In this document: positions 50,752 to 61,269 of the stretch, one piece after another
Numbering within the stretch: position 1 is the stretch's first letter
Layout: the number at the start of each line of letters is the position of its first letter
Origin: Limisphaerales bacterium
Lineage (GTDB): Bacteria; Verrucomicrobiota; Verrucomicrobiia; Limisphaerales; UBA11358
DNA: 64,000 nt
Assembly (NCBI GenBank): GCA_037200545.1
Contig: JBBCGE010000003.1
Location: 6,750-70,749, forward strand
Direction: 5' to 3'
Made by a program: the position numbers and the translations under genes
The notes under the pieces: model-generated
What the model saw: the letters and a program-made list of their open reading frames with translations, nothing else
What the model was told of the DNA's origin: nothing
The model's database searches: none

Positions 50752-52433
50752 TTAGATTTGTTCACGCTTCTTGCGACGAAAGATTTTGGCAAACAGCAAA
50801 CCGGTCATAACCACTCCACATGCCCACCCAAACCAGTCGCCATGACGATTGTAAAATGTCGGAGCCGGTTTTTCATCGGGCATAGGCAGGTCAAACGCCA
50901 GCGCGCCGACGCCATAAATGCCGCCGGTTGCATCTTTAAAAACCTGCCGCACTGCACCATGTGCATCTATCCAGCAGGTCACACCATTGTTGCAGGCGCG
51001 GACAAGCGGGACGCCATTCTCCACCGCGCGAAAGACTCCGGAGGCGGCCTGCTGCCATTGTTCCGCGCCTTCGCCGAACCAGCCGTCGTTGGTCAGGTTC
51101 ACCAGAAAATCCGTGTCGCTGTTGACGGACTCCCGCGCGGTTTGCGGAAACATGTCTTCAAAGCAGATCAACGGCGAAATGTTTATCATATTATGAAGCG
51201 AAGTTCTTTCCAGACCATTATTCAATTCAATGACCGGTTCAGGCGGACGGCGGTTCCAGTCGTGAATTGCAAAAGTCGCCGGCTTGTCACCCGCTTCAAA
51301 ACCTCCCTGAATAGGGGTGAACCATTTTACGAAAGGCAACCAGCGCACGAGCGGAATATATTCGCCGAATATGACCAGGTTGCGCTTCCGATAAACGCCG
51401 GCAAAAGTCCCATCCGGTGCGAGCAAAAACGCGCTGTTAAAATAAATGCTTTTCTGCGAGTCGGGTTGCCACACGGCTTCATCGGCGTTGAAAATCATCC
51501 ACAGATGGTGTGTGCAGACAAGGTTTGTGATGGCGGTATAGCTGGCTTCGTCAAATTCCGGCAGAGCGGCTTCGGGCCAGATGAGCAAATCTGTGCGGTT
51601 TGTCAGCGCTCTTTCTGTGAGCGCAATTAATTCTTGGAAACGATTCGAATTTGCGCCTGAATCCCAAATCATGTTTTGCGGCACGCTCGGCTGAATCAGC
51701 GTGATACGCAATGGGCGGCTGGGAAGTGTTCGTCTTGACTTCTAATCGCATTTGCACGCTGCCATAGGCGAACAGAAGCGCCACGACCAGCAGCGGTAGA
51801 AAAATCTCCGGCTGCCAGGCGAAGCGCGAACTGGGTTTTGAAAAAATGGCGCGCACTGCCGAGAACATCGCCAGCGAAACCCACACGACCAGGAATGAAA
51901 CGCCATAGACATCCGTGACCGAGGCGATCTGGATTAGTGGCGTGAGCTGATATTGCGATGTGCCGAGCAGATTCCACGGAAAGCGCCGAGAAAATGGGAG
52001 CGAAAGATTTCCAGGCCCACCCAAACCGCTGCGCCGGCCAGCGACCAAAGGTTGCGTTGCGTCCAAGTCCCGACGCCAATTTTCCCGGAAAGCAGCCAGG
52101 TCCAGGCTCCAAAATAAATCGCCATGAACGCGCTCAATGCAATCCAGCCGAGAACCGGAAAGCCCGCCACCGGAATCAACAGCAGCCAGCAGAGCGATGC
52201 CAGCCAGAACGAAATTCCGGCAACGTAGCCGACGCGAAAAGCATCACCAGATTTTTTTGCCTGTGCCGCAAAAGAATCAAGGCTGGCGCGATCCAGGCGA
52301 AACCGGCGATGCCGATATTTGGAAACGCCGCCGCCAGCAATAGTCCGGCGACGATTGCCAGCAAATAGCCGCTGCGGATGAACAGTTCGTTCAGAACACT
52401 CTTGGGAATCGCGAAGGGCGAATAACCATCCAT
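50752..52433 (-). CDS. lnt: apolipoprotein N-acyltransferase, three frame breaks
   Basis: The C-terminal CN-hydrolase domain is intact (LLIWPEAALP..., PLICFEDMFP, LVNLTNDGWFG). The N-terminal TM region is spread over the track ORFs 52176..52433, 51934..52707 and 51551..52066. It joins as ..PALIL|FAAQAKKSGDAF.., ..SHFLG|GFPWNLLGTSQYQ.. and ..SQPPIA|LRITLIQPSVPQ.. Confidence 0.8.
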
Positions 52434-52471
52434 GAAGGTCGGGCCGAGCCGGGTGCATTGTGCGGCCTGCT

Positions 52472-52990
52472 TCAGGACCGCCGACTGGCATTGACCACGA
52501 TGGCCTCGCGCGAGCCGCGCCAGACGGCGAAATCGGCGGTGGAATTTCCGGCATAATCAAAACCGCGCGCGCCGAATTTTTCCGTGAGCGCCCCCAGTTT
52601 GTTCTCACTGCGCAAATTCGTTTTGCCGTCGCTGCCGAGAACTTCATCGAAAAGTCCGATATGGCTGGCGACAGGCAATGCCATTTGGCGATCAGATGCA
52701 GTGGCAAGAATGAGTTTCCTCCCGGCAGATTTTTGCTCGCGAAGAAATATCAGGAATTTTTCATGATAGGGCAGGGTGGCGGGATCAACGGTGACACGCC
52801 GGGCCAGTTGCTTTTTCAGGAAGGCGCGTCCCCGTATCCACCAAAATAAAATTTGAAAAATCCAGAACGGATTTCGGCGGAGCAGTCGCGCCAGATGCTC
52901 CCACATCATGTCCGTTCTGATCAGCGTGCCGTCCAGGTCCACGGCGAGCGGGACTTGATTTGCGGGCAGCACTTCAGGGATTGGCGACAT
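52472..52990 (-). CDS. HAD-superfamily (subfamily IB-like) hydrolase
   Basis: Motif I is LAVDLDGTLIRTD, and LILATASD and a later GNSTAD motif follow. 172 aa. Confidence 0.7.
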   Translation of the reverse strand: MSPIPEVLPANQVPLAVDLDGTLIRTDMMWEHLARLLRRNPFWIFQILFWWIRGRAFLKKQLARRVTVDPATLPYHEKFLIFLREQKSAGRKLILATASDRQMALPVASHIGLFDEVLGSDGKTNLRSENKLGALTEKFGARGFDYAGNSTADFAVWRGSREAIVVNASRRS

Positions 52991-52998
52991 GGCTTTGA

Positions 52999-53640
52999 TT
53001 AGCCGTTGAGGGCGCGTTGGAGCAAGTTTTTTTCATGTTCGTCGTAAGGCAGCTTCAATGCCTCGGTGCGCGCGGCTTCAGTCATCTTGTCCCAGCTTTT
53101 CTGAAGCGCATTGATGGTTTTATCCTCGGCAGTCTTGACGGCGAGATCGGCGAATTGAAACTGGAGAAATACCAAGCAGAGCGCGTCTTCGAGTGTCCGA
53201 GTATCAGCATCAGCGGGGAAATTTTTCTTTAGGTTCAAGTCCTGGACGCGGCGGATGGTTTCCTCGTCGTAGCCAACTTCCTGAAGAATCGCGCCGGATT
53301 TCCCGGCATGAAATTTTTTAAGATCAGCACGCCATTTTAAATATCCGGGCCGGGTCATGGGATAATTTTCGCGCGGGCTTTCCCAGCGGCAGATGTGCTG
53401 GCAGCGCGCAGCGAGGCGCCGTAAAACCCAGTCAGTCAGTCGTTGCGCATAAAGCAATTCTCGAGGATAGGAAATATCATCAACAGTTTCATGGTTTGGA
53501 TCGCGGGAATTCTCCTCATCGAACCGGCGCAAGGCGGCCTCAAATTTCTTCGGGTCGTGTGGTTGGAAAGTCTCTGGCACGGCGGCAGTTTTGCGGAAGC
53601 GCGCCCAAGCGCAAGGCGGATTTACTTCACCGTAAAGCAA
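52999..53640 (-). CDS. DUF4202 domain protein
   Basis: YPRELLYAQRLTDWV...AARCQHICRWESPRENYPMTRPGYLKWRADLKKFHA...TLEDALCLVFLQFQF matches my recollection of the DUF4202 pattern. Confidence 0.6.
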   Translation of the reverse strand: MLYGEVNPPCAWARFRKTAAVPETFQPHDPKKFEAALRRFDEENSRDPNHETVDDISYPRELLYAQRLTDWVLRRLAARCQHICRWESPRENYPMTRPGYLKWRADLKKFHAGKSGAILQEVGYDEETIRRVQDLNLKKNFPADADTRTLEDALCLVFLQFQFADLAVKTAEDKTINALQKSWDKMTEAARTEALKLPYDEHEKNLLQRALNG

Positions 53641-53690
53641 AAGGTGCGTCCAGCAACGGCCAGACGCACCTGAAGTTATTCAGAATTATC

Positions 53691-54089
53691 TTAATGATGA
53701 CAGCCGCAGCCGCTGCCGCAGGAACCTTCTTCCAGATCTTCCGCGCTGGGAATGCGCCCGAGTTCAAGCGTCTTGGCTATGCGTTTTTGAACACCGCCTT
53801 GCAGTTCGTGGATTTCTTCCTGGGCGGTCAGGAAGCTGGAGGCAACGGGATTCTTGAGCAGTGTTTCCCGGTCTTTTTCAAACGCGGAGATTTCCGCCGG
53901 TTCAAGCGTCTGGCCGTGATGTTGTTTTTCCTGGAGCGCCTGGCCCTTGCTCATCAGTGCGTCATACTGGCCGCGCGTGCTGGTGTCGGCCAGAAAAGTG
54001 TCAATGCGTTGGCGAATGCCGCCGGTCTGGATTTGTTCAAGGATGGCTTCGCACAGTTCCTGTGTCTTTGCTTCAATTTTTGATGTCAT
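53691..54089 (-). CDS. YlbF/YmcA-like helical protein with Cys/His-rich C-terminal tail
   Basis: The ATG at 54089 starts MTSKIEAKTQELCEAILEQ. The protein is helical with an FL.AQEE..ELQ pattern and ends EEGSCGSGCGCHH. Confidence 0.45.
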   Translation of the reverse strand: MTSKIEAKTQELCEAILEQIQTGGIRQRIDTFLADTSTRGQYDALMSKGQALQEKQHHGQTLEPAEISAFEKDRETLLKNPVASSFLTAQEEIHELQGGVQKRIAKTLELGRIPSAEDLEEGSCGSGCGCHH

Positions 54090-54143
54090 AAAAATAATTT
54101 TGCCCGTGTAATAAACCACAAGTCATGCGCGAAAGCAATTGGA

Positions 54144-54172
54144 TTGACACTCATCATCTGAATCGTTAAATC
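54144..54172 (+). promoter_or_regulatory. possible sigma-70-type promoter for the SSS transporter gene
   Basis: TTGACA (54144-54149), then a 17-nt spacer, then TAAATC (54167-54172). The -10 match is weak and the ATG is only 13 nt downstream. Confidence 0.25.
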
Positions 54173-54184
54173 ATCGTTCACGCT

Positions 54185-56146
54185 ATGCAACCAATTCACC
54201 TCGCTTGGATAGATTACACCATTCTCCTGGCTTACGTCGCTTTCGTTATTGGCATCGGCTGGACGCTGGCACGCTACATGAAAACGTCATCGGACTTTCT
54301 CACGTCGGCGCGTTCGATTCCGACCTGGGTGACGGGACTTGCTTTCATCTCGGCAAATCTCGGAGCGTTGGAACTTGTCGGCATGGCCGCCAGCGGCGCG
54401 AAATACGGCATCAGCACGGCGCCACTTTTACTGGGTCGGCGCGATTCCGGCGATGATTTTTCTGGCCGTGTTCATGATGCCATTTTATTACGGCTCGAAA
54501 GCCCGCTCGGTTCCTGAATACTTGAAAATGCGTTTTGATGAACGTGTTCGTGCTTTGAACTCAGTCGCTTTCGCGGTCATGACGATTTTCGCCTCTGGCA
54601 TTTCGATGAACGCGCTGGCGAAACTTCTGAATTCACTGCTCGGCTGGAATTATCACGTCGCACTCTGGATCTCTTCCGGCGTTGTGTTGCTTTACGTTTT
54701 GAAGGGTGGTTTGACCTCGGCGATCTACACTGAAGTGCTGCAATTCTTCATGATCGTTCTCGGTTTCGCGCCCGTCGTTTATCTCGGCTTGAAAGATGTC
54801 GGCGGCTGGGGTGCGATGAATCATTCGCTTCAAGGCGTGGCCGTTGATCCTTCAGCTTATTATCTCAAAGATCCGGGCATCACTTTTGCTCCCGATGCTT
54901 GGACAAGTGCATGGAAACCGGTGTTGGCCGGTGCAACGCATAATCCCATGGGCGTGGACTGGTTCGCGATGATCTTCGGTCTCGGGTTCGTTCTCTCGTT
55001 CGGTTACTGGTGCACCAACTTCCTCGTCGTGCAACGCGCCATGGCGGCAAAGAACATGACCGCCGCGCGCAACACACCGCTGGTTGCCGCCGTGCCGAAA
55101 ATGTTCTTTCCATTCCTGGTCATCGTGCCCGGCATGATCGCCATCGCGTTGACCGCGATACCGAGCAAAGATTATCGCATTCCGCCGCCGATTGTTTCCG
55201 ACGCAAACTATACCAAGGCGATTGATGCGGTAAAGGCCGCCAGTCCGGCGGATTCCGCCGCAGGTGTTAAAGCCGTGGGCGAAGCGCTGGGTAAAAAAAT
55301 TGCCGATGATAAAATCGCTTCGCTCATTGCCGCCAATGCTGTGAGCAAGTTATCTGACGAACAGATCAAGCAGGGACTTTACAACAGCATTGCTGAAAAC
55401 GATTACGACCAGGTCATTCTTTCGCTGGTTAAAAGATATTGCCCTGCCGGCCTGTTAGGCTTGGCGTTGACGGCTTTGCTGGCCTCGTTCATGTCCGGCA
55501 TGGCGGGCAACGTCACGGCGTTCAACACCGTCTTCACCTACGATCTTTACCAGGCCTATTTTGCGAAGAACAAAAGTGACAATCACTATTCTGGATGGGT
55601 AAATTCATCACCGTCGTGGGCATTGTTTTGAGCATTGCCGCCGCGTATTTCGCTTCGATGTTTTATAACGCAATGGATGTCATCCAGCTTGTGTTCGGTT
55701 TCGTAAACGCGCCATTGTTCGCCACGTTCCTGCTCGGCATGTTCTGGAAGCGTACCACCGGCACTGGCGCATTTATCGGGTTGTTTGGAGGAATCGCCAG
55801 TTCGGCCCTGTTCCACGCATTGACCACCGTGCCTAGTAACTTGGATGCTAATGGCCACATCATCAGTGTTTTCAAAGGTGGTTACATCAAGGTTGTTGAG
55901 AAATTCCAAAGCGAAATGGCGCAAAATTTCTGGCTCGCCGCCTTTGCATTCATTACTTGCTTCACTTTGACTTTGGTGATTTCGCTGGCGACCGCCCGCA
56001 CCAAGTCGGATGTGGAGTTGAAAGGCCTGGTGTATTCACTAACGCCGAAAATCAAGTCGGACAATCTGCCATTCTACATGCAGCCGGGCGTGGTGGGCGT
56101 GGCCTTGTTGATTGTCTGTGTCGTCCTTAACATCATTTTCTGGTAA
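54185..56146 (+). CDS. sodium:solute symporter family transporter (SGLT-like), two frame breaks
   Basis: The fragments 54185..54517, 54339..55631 and 55595..56146 join as ..GAKYGIST|AHFYWVGAIPAMIF.. and ..KNKSDNHY|L.MGKFITVVGIVLS.. The TM pattern is typical of SSS transporters, and the gene lies next to galK. Confidence 0.85.
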
Positions 56147-56175
56147 ACCCGGATTATTTCAACCAAACTAAATTT

Positions 56176-56379
56176 ATGGGACTCGATATCCGCTGGCCGA
56201 TTGGCCTCATGTTCACACTCATCGGCGTGTTGCTGGCCATCTATGGCGCAGTTGACCGTTCCGGCTCGCTCTCGCTCGGCATTAACATAAATCTCATTTG
56301 GGGCATCGTTCTGCTCGCGTTCGGCGTGTTGATGCTCGCAGGTGCGGTGCGTGGTGGTAAAAACCCGCCTTCAGCCTAA
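56176..56379 (+). CDS. small two-TM membrane protein
   Basis: 67 aa (MGLDIRWPIGLMFTLIGVLLAIYGAV...IWGIVLLAFGVLMLAGAV). It lies 29 nt after the transporter stop. Confidence 0.5.
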   Translation: MGLDIRWPIGLMFTLIGVLLAIYGAVDRSGSLSLGININLIWGIVLLAFGVLMLAGAVRGGKNPPSA

Positions 56380-56397
56380 CCATTCAACTTCAATGGC

Positions 56398-56423
56398 CGG
56401 GGAACCCTGGTTGCCCGTTTTTT
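56398..56423 (+). terminator. Rho-independent terminator-like hairpin
   Basis: The hairpin is cggggaacc/ggttgcccg (one G-G mismatch, 56398-56417), followed by T6 (56418-56423). It ends only 7 nt before the galK ATG. Confidence 0.5.
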
Positions 56424-56429
56424 ATTCTC

Positions 56430-57607
56430 ATGACCAGCCTGCAAAAACTCGCAGCAGAAACTGCCCAGCAATTTGCCAAAACCTACGGGCGCCCGCCGCG
56501 CTGGATCGTCGCCGCTCCCGGACGTGTCAATGTGATCGGCGAACACACCGATTACAATGACGGCTTCGTCCTGCCAATGGCCATCGAACATTACGCCGTC
56601 ATGGCCGCCGACCGTTCGGCCGATGGTAAGAGTATTTTTCAAATTCGTGACGCTTCCGGTGCCGAACCATTGTCGGTTGATTTGTCCACGACCATCACGA
56701 CGGGTCTGCCGAAGTGGGGCAATTATCCGCGCGGCGTCATCGCCGGCTTTCTGGCGCGCGGCATGAATCCCGGCGGCCTTGACGTGTTATTGCATTCCAC
56801 CGTGCCATTGGGCGGCGGTTTGAGCAGCAGTGCCGCACTGGAAGTCGCCACGGCGACCCTGATTGAAACCGTGACCGGGAAAAAAAATTGATCCGGTTGA
56901 AAAGGCGCTGCTTTGCCAGAAGGCGGAAAATGATTTCGCCGGCGTGCCGTGCGGGATCATGGATCAATTCATCTCCGTGATGGGCCGGCAGAACCATCTG
57001 CTGCTGCTTGACTGCCGTTCGCGCAAGACCGAGCTGGTGCCGATGAGCGACGCCGCCGTTTCGTTGATGATCATCAACACGAACGTCAAACATGAACTGA
57101 CCGGCGGCGGTTATGCCCAGCGCCGCATCCAATGTGAAATGGCCGCGAAGATTCTCGGCGTTCCGGCCTTGCGCGATGCGACGGCGGAAATGTTGGAATC
57201 TGCCAGGGATAAAATGGACGAAGCCGTTTTCCGCCGTGCACGCCATGTCATCGGCGAGATCGAGCGCACCGTCCATGCGGCCGAGGGCGTGCGCGCCTCG
57301 AATTGGCCTACGGTTGGCCAGCTCATGTATGCGAGCCATGCATCGTTACGCGATGATTATGAAGTGAGCTGTCAGGAACTTGACGTGGTGGTCGAGATCG
57401 CGGAGGACATCAGTTTCAAGGGCGGGGATTTATGGCTGCCGCATGACCGGCGGCGGCTTTGGCGGCTGCGCCGTGGCCTTGGTGAAAACCGAACTGGTTG
57501 AAGCCATTTCCGAACGGATCGCCGCCGACTACAAAAAGAAGACCAAGATTGAAGCGACCATCTTTGTTTCCCGCCCGGCGGCCGGCGCCACGGTCATCAA
57601 GGCTTGA
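56430..57607 (+). CDS. galK: galactokinase, two frame breaks
   Basis: GRVNVIGEHTDYNDGFVLPMA is the galactokinase signature, PLGGGLSSSAALEVA the GHMP motif, and MTGGGFGGC is also present. The breaks are at the A8 run 56880-56887 (..TGKK|IDPVEKALLCQKAENDFAGVPCGIMDQF) and the G4 run 57424-57427 (..KGG|IYGCRMTGGGFGGC). Confidence 0.9.
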
Positions 57608-57896
57608 ATTTTTTTAGCCGAGTCCCCTGGGCCATCATCAAAGCCCGGGCAATGATGATGGCTAAAACGCCAGCCCAAAAAACTGTCCCGACCGCCGCGC
57701 AGACCACGCCCCAAATCCGGTAGGGCCGTGCCGCATTCCAAAATAATTTTTCTTTGGCACGAACCCGTCCTGATATCCACAGCGCCGAAAGCGCAAAGGG
57801 GAATCCAATAACCGGGATCAAACCCAGCAGTCCGAAAACAAGACAGCGGCTTGAGCCGGTGAGCATTTTGATTTTAGCGTTCGCGTCCTGATTCAT
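57597..57896 (-). CDS. small membrane protein, last gene of the pseudopilus-like operon
   Basis: 99 aa with two or three TM helices. Its ATG forms an ATGA overlap with the upstream gene's stop. Confidence 0.5.
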   Translation of the reverse strand: MNQDANAKIKMLTGSSRCLVFGLLGLIPVIGFPFALSALWISGRVRAKEKLFWNAARPYRIWGVVCAAVGTVFWAGVLAIIIARALMMAQGTRLKKFKP

Positions 57897-58093
57897 GGGG
57901 AAAGTGATCCGAAAATGGTCACGCTGTTCGTTTGCGATGCGTTCAAACGTTTGATTTGCTGTTGCTCCAGAAACCTCACCTCGCGGCGCAGGTGAAGCAG
58001 CGCACGACTTTCCGCAGTGACGAGGATCATCATTATCGCCAGCAACGCCATGAAGACAACGGTTGCTGAACCGCTTTCATTTTGCGCCAGCAT
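57893..58093 (-). CDS. small pseudopilin-like protein (GspK-like N-terminus)
   Basis: I prefer the ATG at 58093 (MLAQNESGSATVVFMALLAIMMILVTAESRALL...). It has a hydrophobic N-terminal helix and no other recognisable domain. Confidence 0.4.
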   Translation of the reverse strand: MLAQNESGSATVVFMALLAIMMILVTAESRALLHLRREVRFLEQQQIKRLNASQTNSVTIFGSLSP

Positions 58094-58140
58094 TTGGCGG
58101 TTGCCGCTGTCCTGCCGGATGTAATGCCTGAGTTGGATTT

Positions 58141-58644
58141 TCACGGTTTTGGTTGCACCGCCTCGAAGGTGAACAGCAGTGGTAAATGGGTTTCTGAGCG
58201 GCGTTGCGTCAATTCCAATTCCCAACGCCACGCGCTGACAGTGTCGCGTACTTCGGCTTTCATGTATGATGTTTTGACTTTTGGCAGCAGCAATTGTGAA
58301 TTGTTCAAGCCGGAGATCTCACGCCGCACACCGCCGGATTCAAAGCGATAGAAAATGTCCTTCTCCTTGCCGGGAATCCGTACAATTTCCCCCTCCAGCG
58401 TTGACTCGACGGAAATGGTCCGCGTTGCGGCGCGCACGTCCGCCCGCCAGCGTTCGCCGGCGCGCAGGGCGGAGGCGATGTCATCCGTCGCCATGATCAC
58501 CGCCTTCGAATGGTCCCAGCAGAAATAAAAAACCGCCGTGCCGATGCCGAGCAGGATGACGAACACGGCGACATAGACGAGGCATTCTGTGAGCAAAATG
58601 CCCGCCTGACGTTGCCGTCGTGAAATATTTTTTCGCACGTTCAT
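58141..58644 (-). CDS. pseudopilin-like protein
   Basis: The ATG at 58644 overlaps the upstream stop as ATGA. In MNVRKNISRRQRQAG|ILLTECLVYVAVFVILLGIG, Gly precedes the hydrophobic helix and Glu sits at +5, as in class III signals. Confidence 0.55.
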   Translation of the reverse strand: MNVRKNISRRQRQAGILLTECLVYVAVFVILLGIGTAVFYFCWDHSKAVIMATDDIASALRAGERWRADVRAATRTISVESTLEGEIVRIPGKEKDIFYRFESGGVRREISGLNNSQLLLPKVKTSYMKAEVRDTVSAWRWELELTQRRSETHLPLLFTFEAVQPKP

Positions 58645-59031
58645 TTGACGGTGGTTTCGCGAATGACGGCACCTATGCCGCGTTTCTCGTCCGAGTTCCA
58701 TTCTAGCTGCACGCGGTTGCCGATTTTGGTCAGTTGAAAATGGCCTGCTGGCAGATGGGCGGCAGCCCGGCTTTGGACGGGATAAGTTTGCACTCCGTCG
58801 GGAAAAGTTTTCCAATATCCAGCGGCGAGGATTTCCATTTCGCCATCAACGATTTCGCTGACGACGCTGCGATAGTATTCGATCTTGAGAACCTGCCTTT
58901 CGTGGGCAAAGGAAAAATCCAAGCGGAATGATGGCCAGCGACAGGATTGCCAGGCCCACCAGTAAATCCACTTCCAAAATGCCGCGCTGGGAATGGCGGC
59001 TGCCGAGTAGTTGTGATGATTGTATTTTCAT
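58641..59031 (-). CDS. pseudopilin-like protein, one frame break
   Basis: The ATG at 59031 overlaps the GspF-2 stop as ATGA. The N-terminus is MKIQSSQLLGSRHSQRG|ILEVDLLVGLAILSLAII. The fragments 58846..59031 and 58641..58922 join at the run 58914-58918 (..IPLGF|SFAHERQVLKIEYY..). Confidence 0.5.
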
Positions 59032-60237
59032 TCAGATGCCATTCCGTTTAAAACTGCCATCAGGATGCCGAACATGGCCGTAGCAATCAGCGCCACCAGC
59101 AGACCGTTCAAAATCACAAGTCCGCTCGTAATGGTATGCGCCGCCGCTTCCTCCTGTTGGAACGCCTTGGCATCCAGCGCCTGATGCCAGCCATGCAACG
59201 CATTTAAAAACCACCGCGTGCGTGGATCGCATTGGTCAAGCGCCAGCGGAATTCACCGTGGTCATCGAAGGCGTGAACGGCAACATCCAGTTTTGCACCT
59301 TGTTCCATCGCGGGCAATGACGTGCTGCGAACGCTGGCGGCAGATTTGATTAGCCGTGCAATCTCCCGCAAGCCTGACGGCCTCAGTTTCCGCCACGCCA
59401 CTGTCAAGCAAAACGGCGAGCATGGCGGAAAATTGTCCTTTGCAGCCGCTTTTGCTTCCATGGCACGTGCCAGGCAATCCAATCGACGACGGGCAGTCCG
59501 CGAAATTGAAACCAACGGACAAACCCCGGTCCGCCGATATAGAGCAAAGTAGCCAGCAGCATCATTATGGTGATGATCAACTCGGAAGCGATCAGCCAGC
59601 TGGTATGGGTAAAGACAAATTGCGCCATGAGCGGGAGATGAATGCCCATTCCGGCAGCGACTTCTTTGAATTTGGGAATGACGAAGACCATGGTCATCGT
59701 CACCACAAAAATGAAGACCGGTGAGAAAAGTAAAACGACGAAGATCAGATAATGCATGGCGCTCCGAACAGCGGCTGGGCGGTCCAGTAATAGTTCGCGG
59801 CAGGCCGGCAGCACTTTTTTCGGGTCGCCAAGTTTTTCACCTGCCCGGAGGATGGCGCTGATTTGTGGAGGTAAAAAGCGCGGAACCTTTTCCAAGGCGT
59901 CGCCAAATCTTGACCCGCCTTCGACATAGGCTGCCAGCAGATGAAAACGCATACCGATGGTGCGGTCGCGGCTGCTGGCCAGGGAAAGGATCATCTCTTC
60001 AACCGCCTGGCCGCGATTGAGCGCGCTCACAACCAAGTCAAGAAACAACCGTGCGCGTTCCATGCGACGCATCGGCAGTGAGAAAAAAAAGTGAATCAGA
60101 AAAACAAATGCGGCGATGGCGGCCAGCCAAAGGCCGAAGATTAGGGAGCTTTCAAAGAATTTCAATATTGCGGGTAAAATCGATGATCGAAAGCCATTAT
60201 CTACATCAAATAAATAGCCATCGTCAATCTGACCCAA
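59028..60237 (-). CDS. GspF/PilC-family platform protein, second paralog (three frame breaks)
   Basis: Two T2SSF-like halves are present: RARLFLDLVVSALNRGQAVEEMILSLAS...ISAILRAGEKLGD, and FSAMLAVLLDSGVAETEAVRLAG...GGFLNALHGWHQALDAKAFQQE, ending in a TM helix (LVILNGLLVALIATAMFGILMAV). The start is uncertain (TTG at 60237). Confidence 0.65.
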
Positions 60238-60266
60238 TCAGTGATGAAATTTTTGCACTCATCTGT

Positions 60267-61269
60267 TTATTCCATAGAGCCACCGATGGATTGAAGAAAT
60301 CCGGTCAATGCCACGAACACAGGTGAAATTTGCGATGCTATCATGATTGCCAGCGTGAGGATTGAACAAGGCAACACCGAATACAGTAGCATTTCGATGC
60401 GGTAGAGAGCGCGTGCCTGATATAATTCCGCCGCCCGCTGAAAGCCAGCGGTCAAATCTTCACCCGCCTGCGCAACCGTCCAGATGAACAGCGGCGGAAA
60501 CACGCTGCGACGTGATCCATCAGACGCAATCGTCAGGTCCGCAAATTTTCCTTGGCCGGAAGCCAGACGCTTCCGCCATTCGATGATTTCTTTTTCGGCA
60601 AGCGTTCCTTTTCAAGCTGCTCGGTGAGAGCCAGCGCATCATCAAGCGGAACATTATTCTTCAACATCAGCCACATGGCGGAAGCGACCTCTGCGAGACT
60701 GGCTTCACGAAAAGCGGGCAGTCGCCCATCTTAATTTCCGTCGTGCTGGGGAAACGCAGATGGCAACCAGTGCTGCGGCCAACGCCAGGCCGATAAAAAC
60801 CGGTGACATCCACAGGCCTGCAGATACAACCGGAAGCATGTGATTGCCGACGAGCGATTGCAGATTGTTCCAAATAAACGTGCTTAGAATGAAAGCGAGA
60901 AAGCCTGAAATCAAAAATGCCAAAACCAAAACGATGACCGGATAAACCATCAATCCTTTTAAACGTGTCCAGATGTTATTCTGCCGGTGAAAATAATCCG
61001 CGAGCATTATCAGCGCACCTGGCAGGTCGCCGCTTTTGACGCCGACCAGAATCATGCGTTTATACAGTTCGGGAAGCTGACGCGGCTGTAACGCGTCAGT
61101 CATCGGGCGTGCCCTTAGCAAAATCGGCTTCTAGTGACTGCAATTCCGTGCGCAACGTGCTATCGCGCATCTCCTGGCAAAGCCTGCGTATAGCGCCTTC
61201 AAGCGGGATGCCATCACGCAACATTGCCGCCAATTGCTGGTTGAAAAAGGCAAATTCGTCGTCTTTCAT
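60267..61269 (-). CDS. GspF/PilC-family platform protein, first paralog (three frame breaks)
   Basis: The ATG at 61269 overlaps the gspE stop as ATGA. The N-terminus is MKDDEFAFFNQQLAAMLRDGIPLEGAIRRLCQEM..., followed by ..VGVKSGDLPGAL.. The second half reads ASAMWLMLKNNVPLDDALAL...LFIWTVAQAGEDLTAGFQRAAELY. Confidence 0.7.

Noticed and set aside
50109-51630. Plus-strand ORFs of 233 and 290 aa lie at 50109..50810 and 50758..51630.
   Set aside because: They are antisense to the GT-C/TPR gene and to the intact CN-hydrolase domain of lnt, and they carry no motifs.
53496-54083. A 195-aa plus-strand ORF lies here.
   Set aside because: It is antisense to the DUF4202 and YlbF-like genes and has an Ala/Gly/Phe-rich low-complexity translation.
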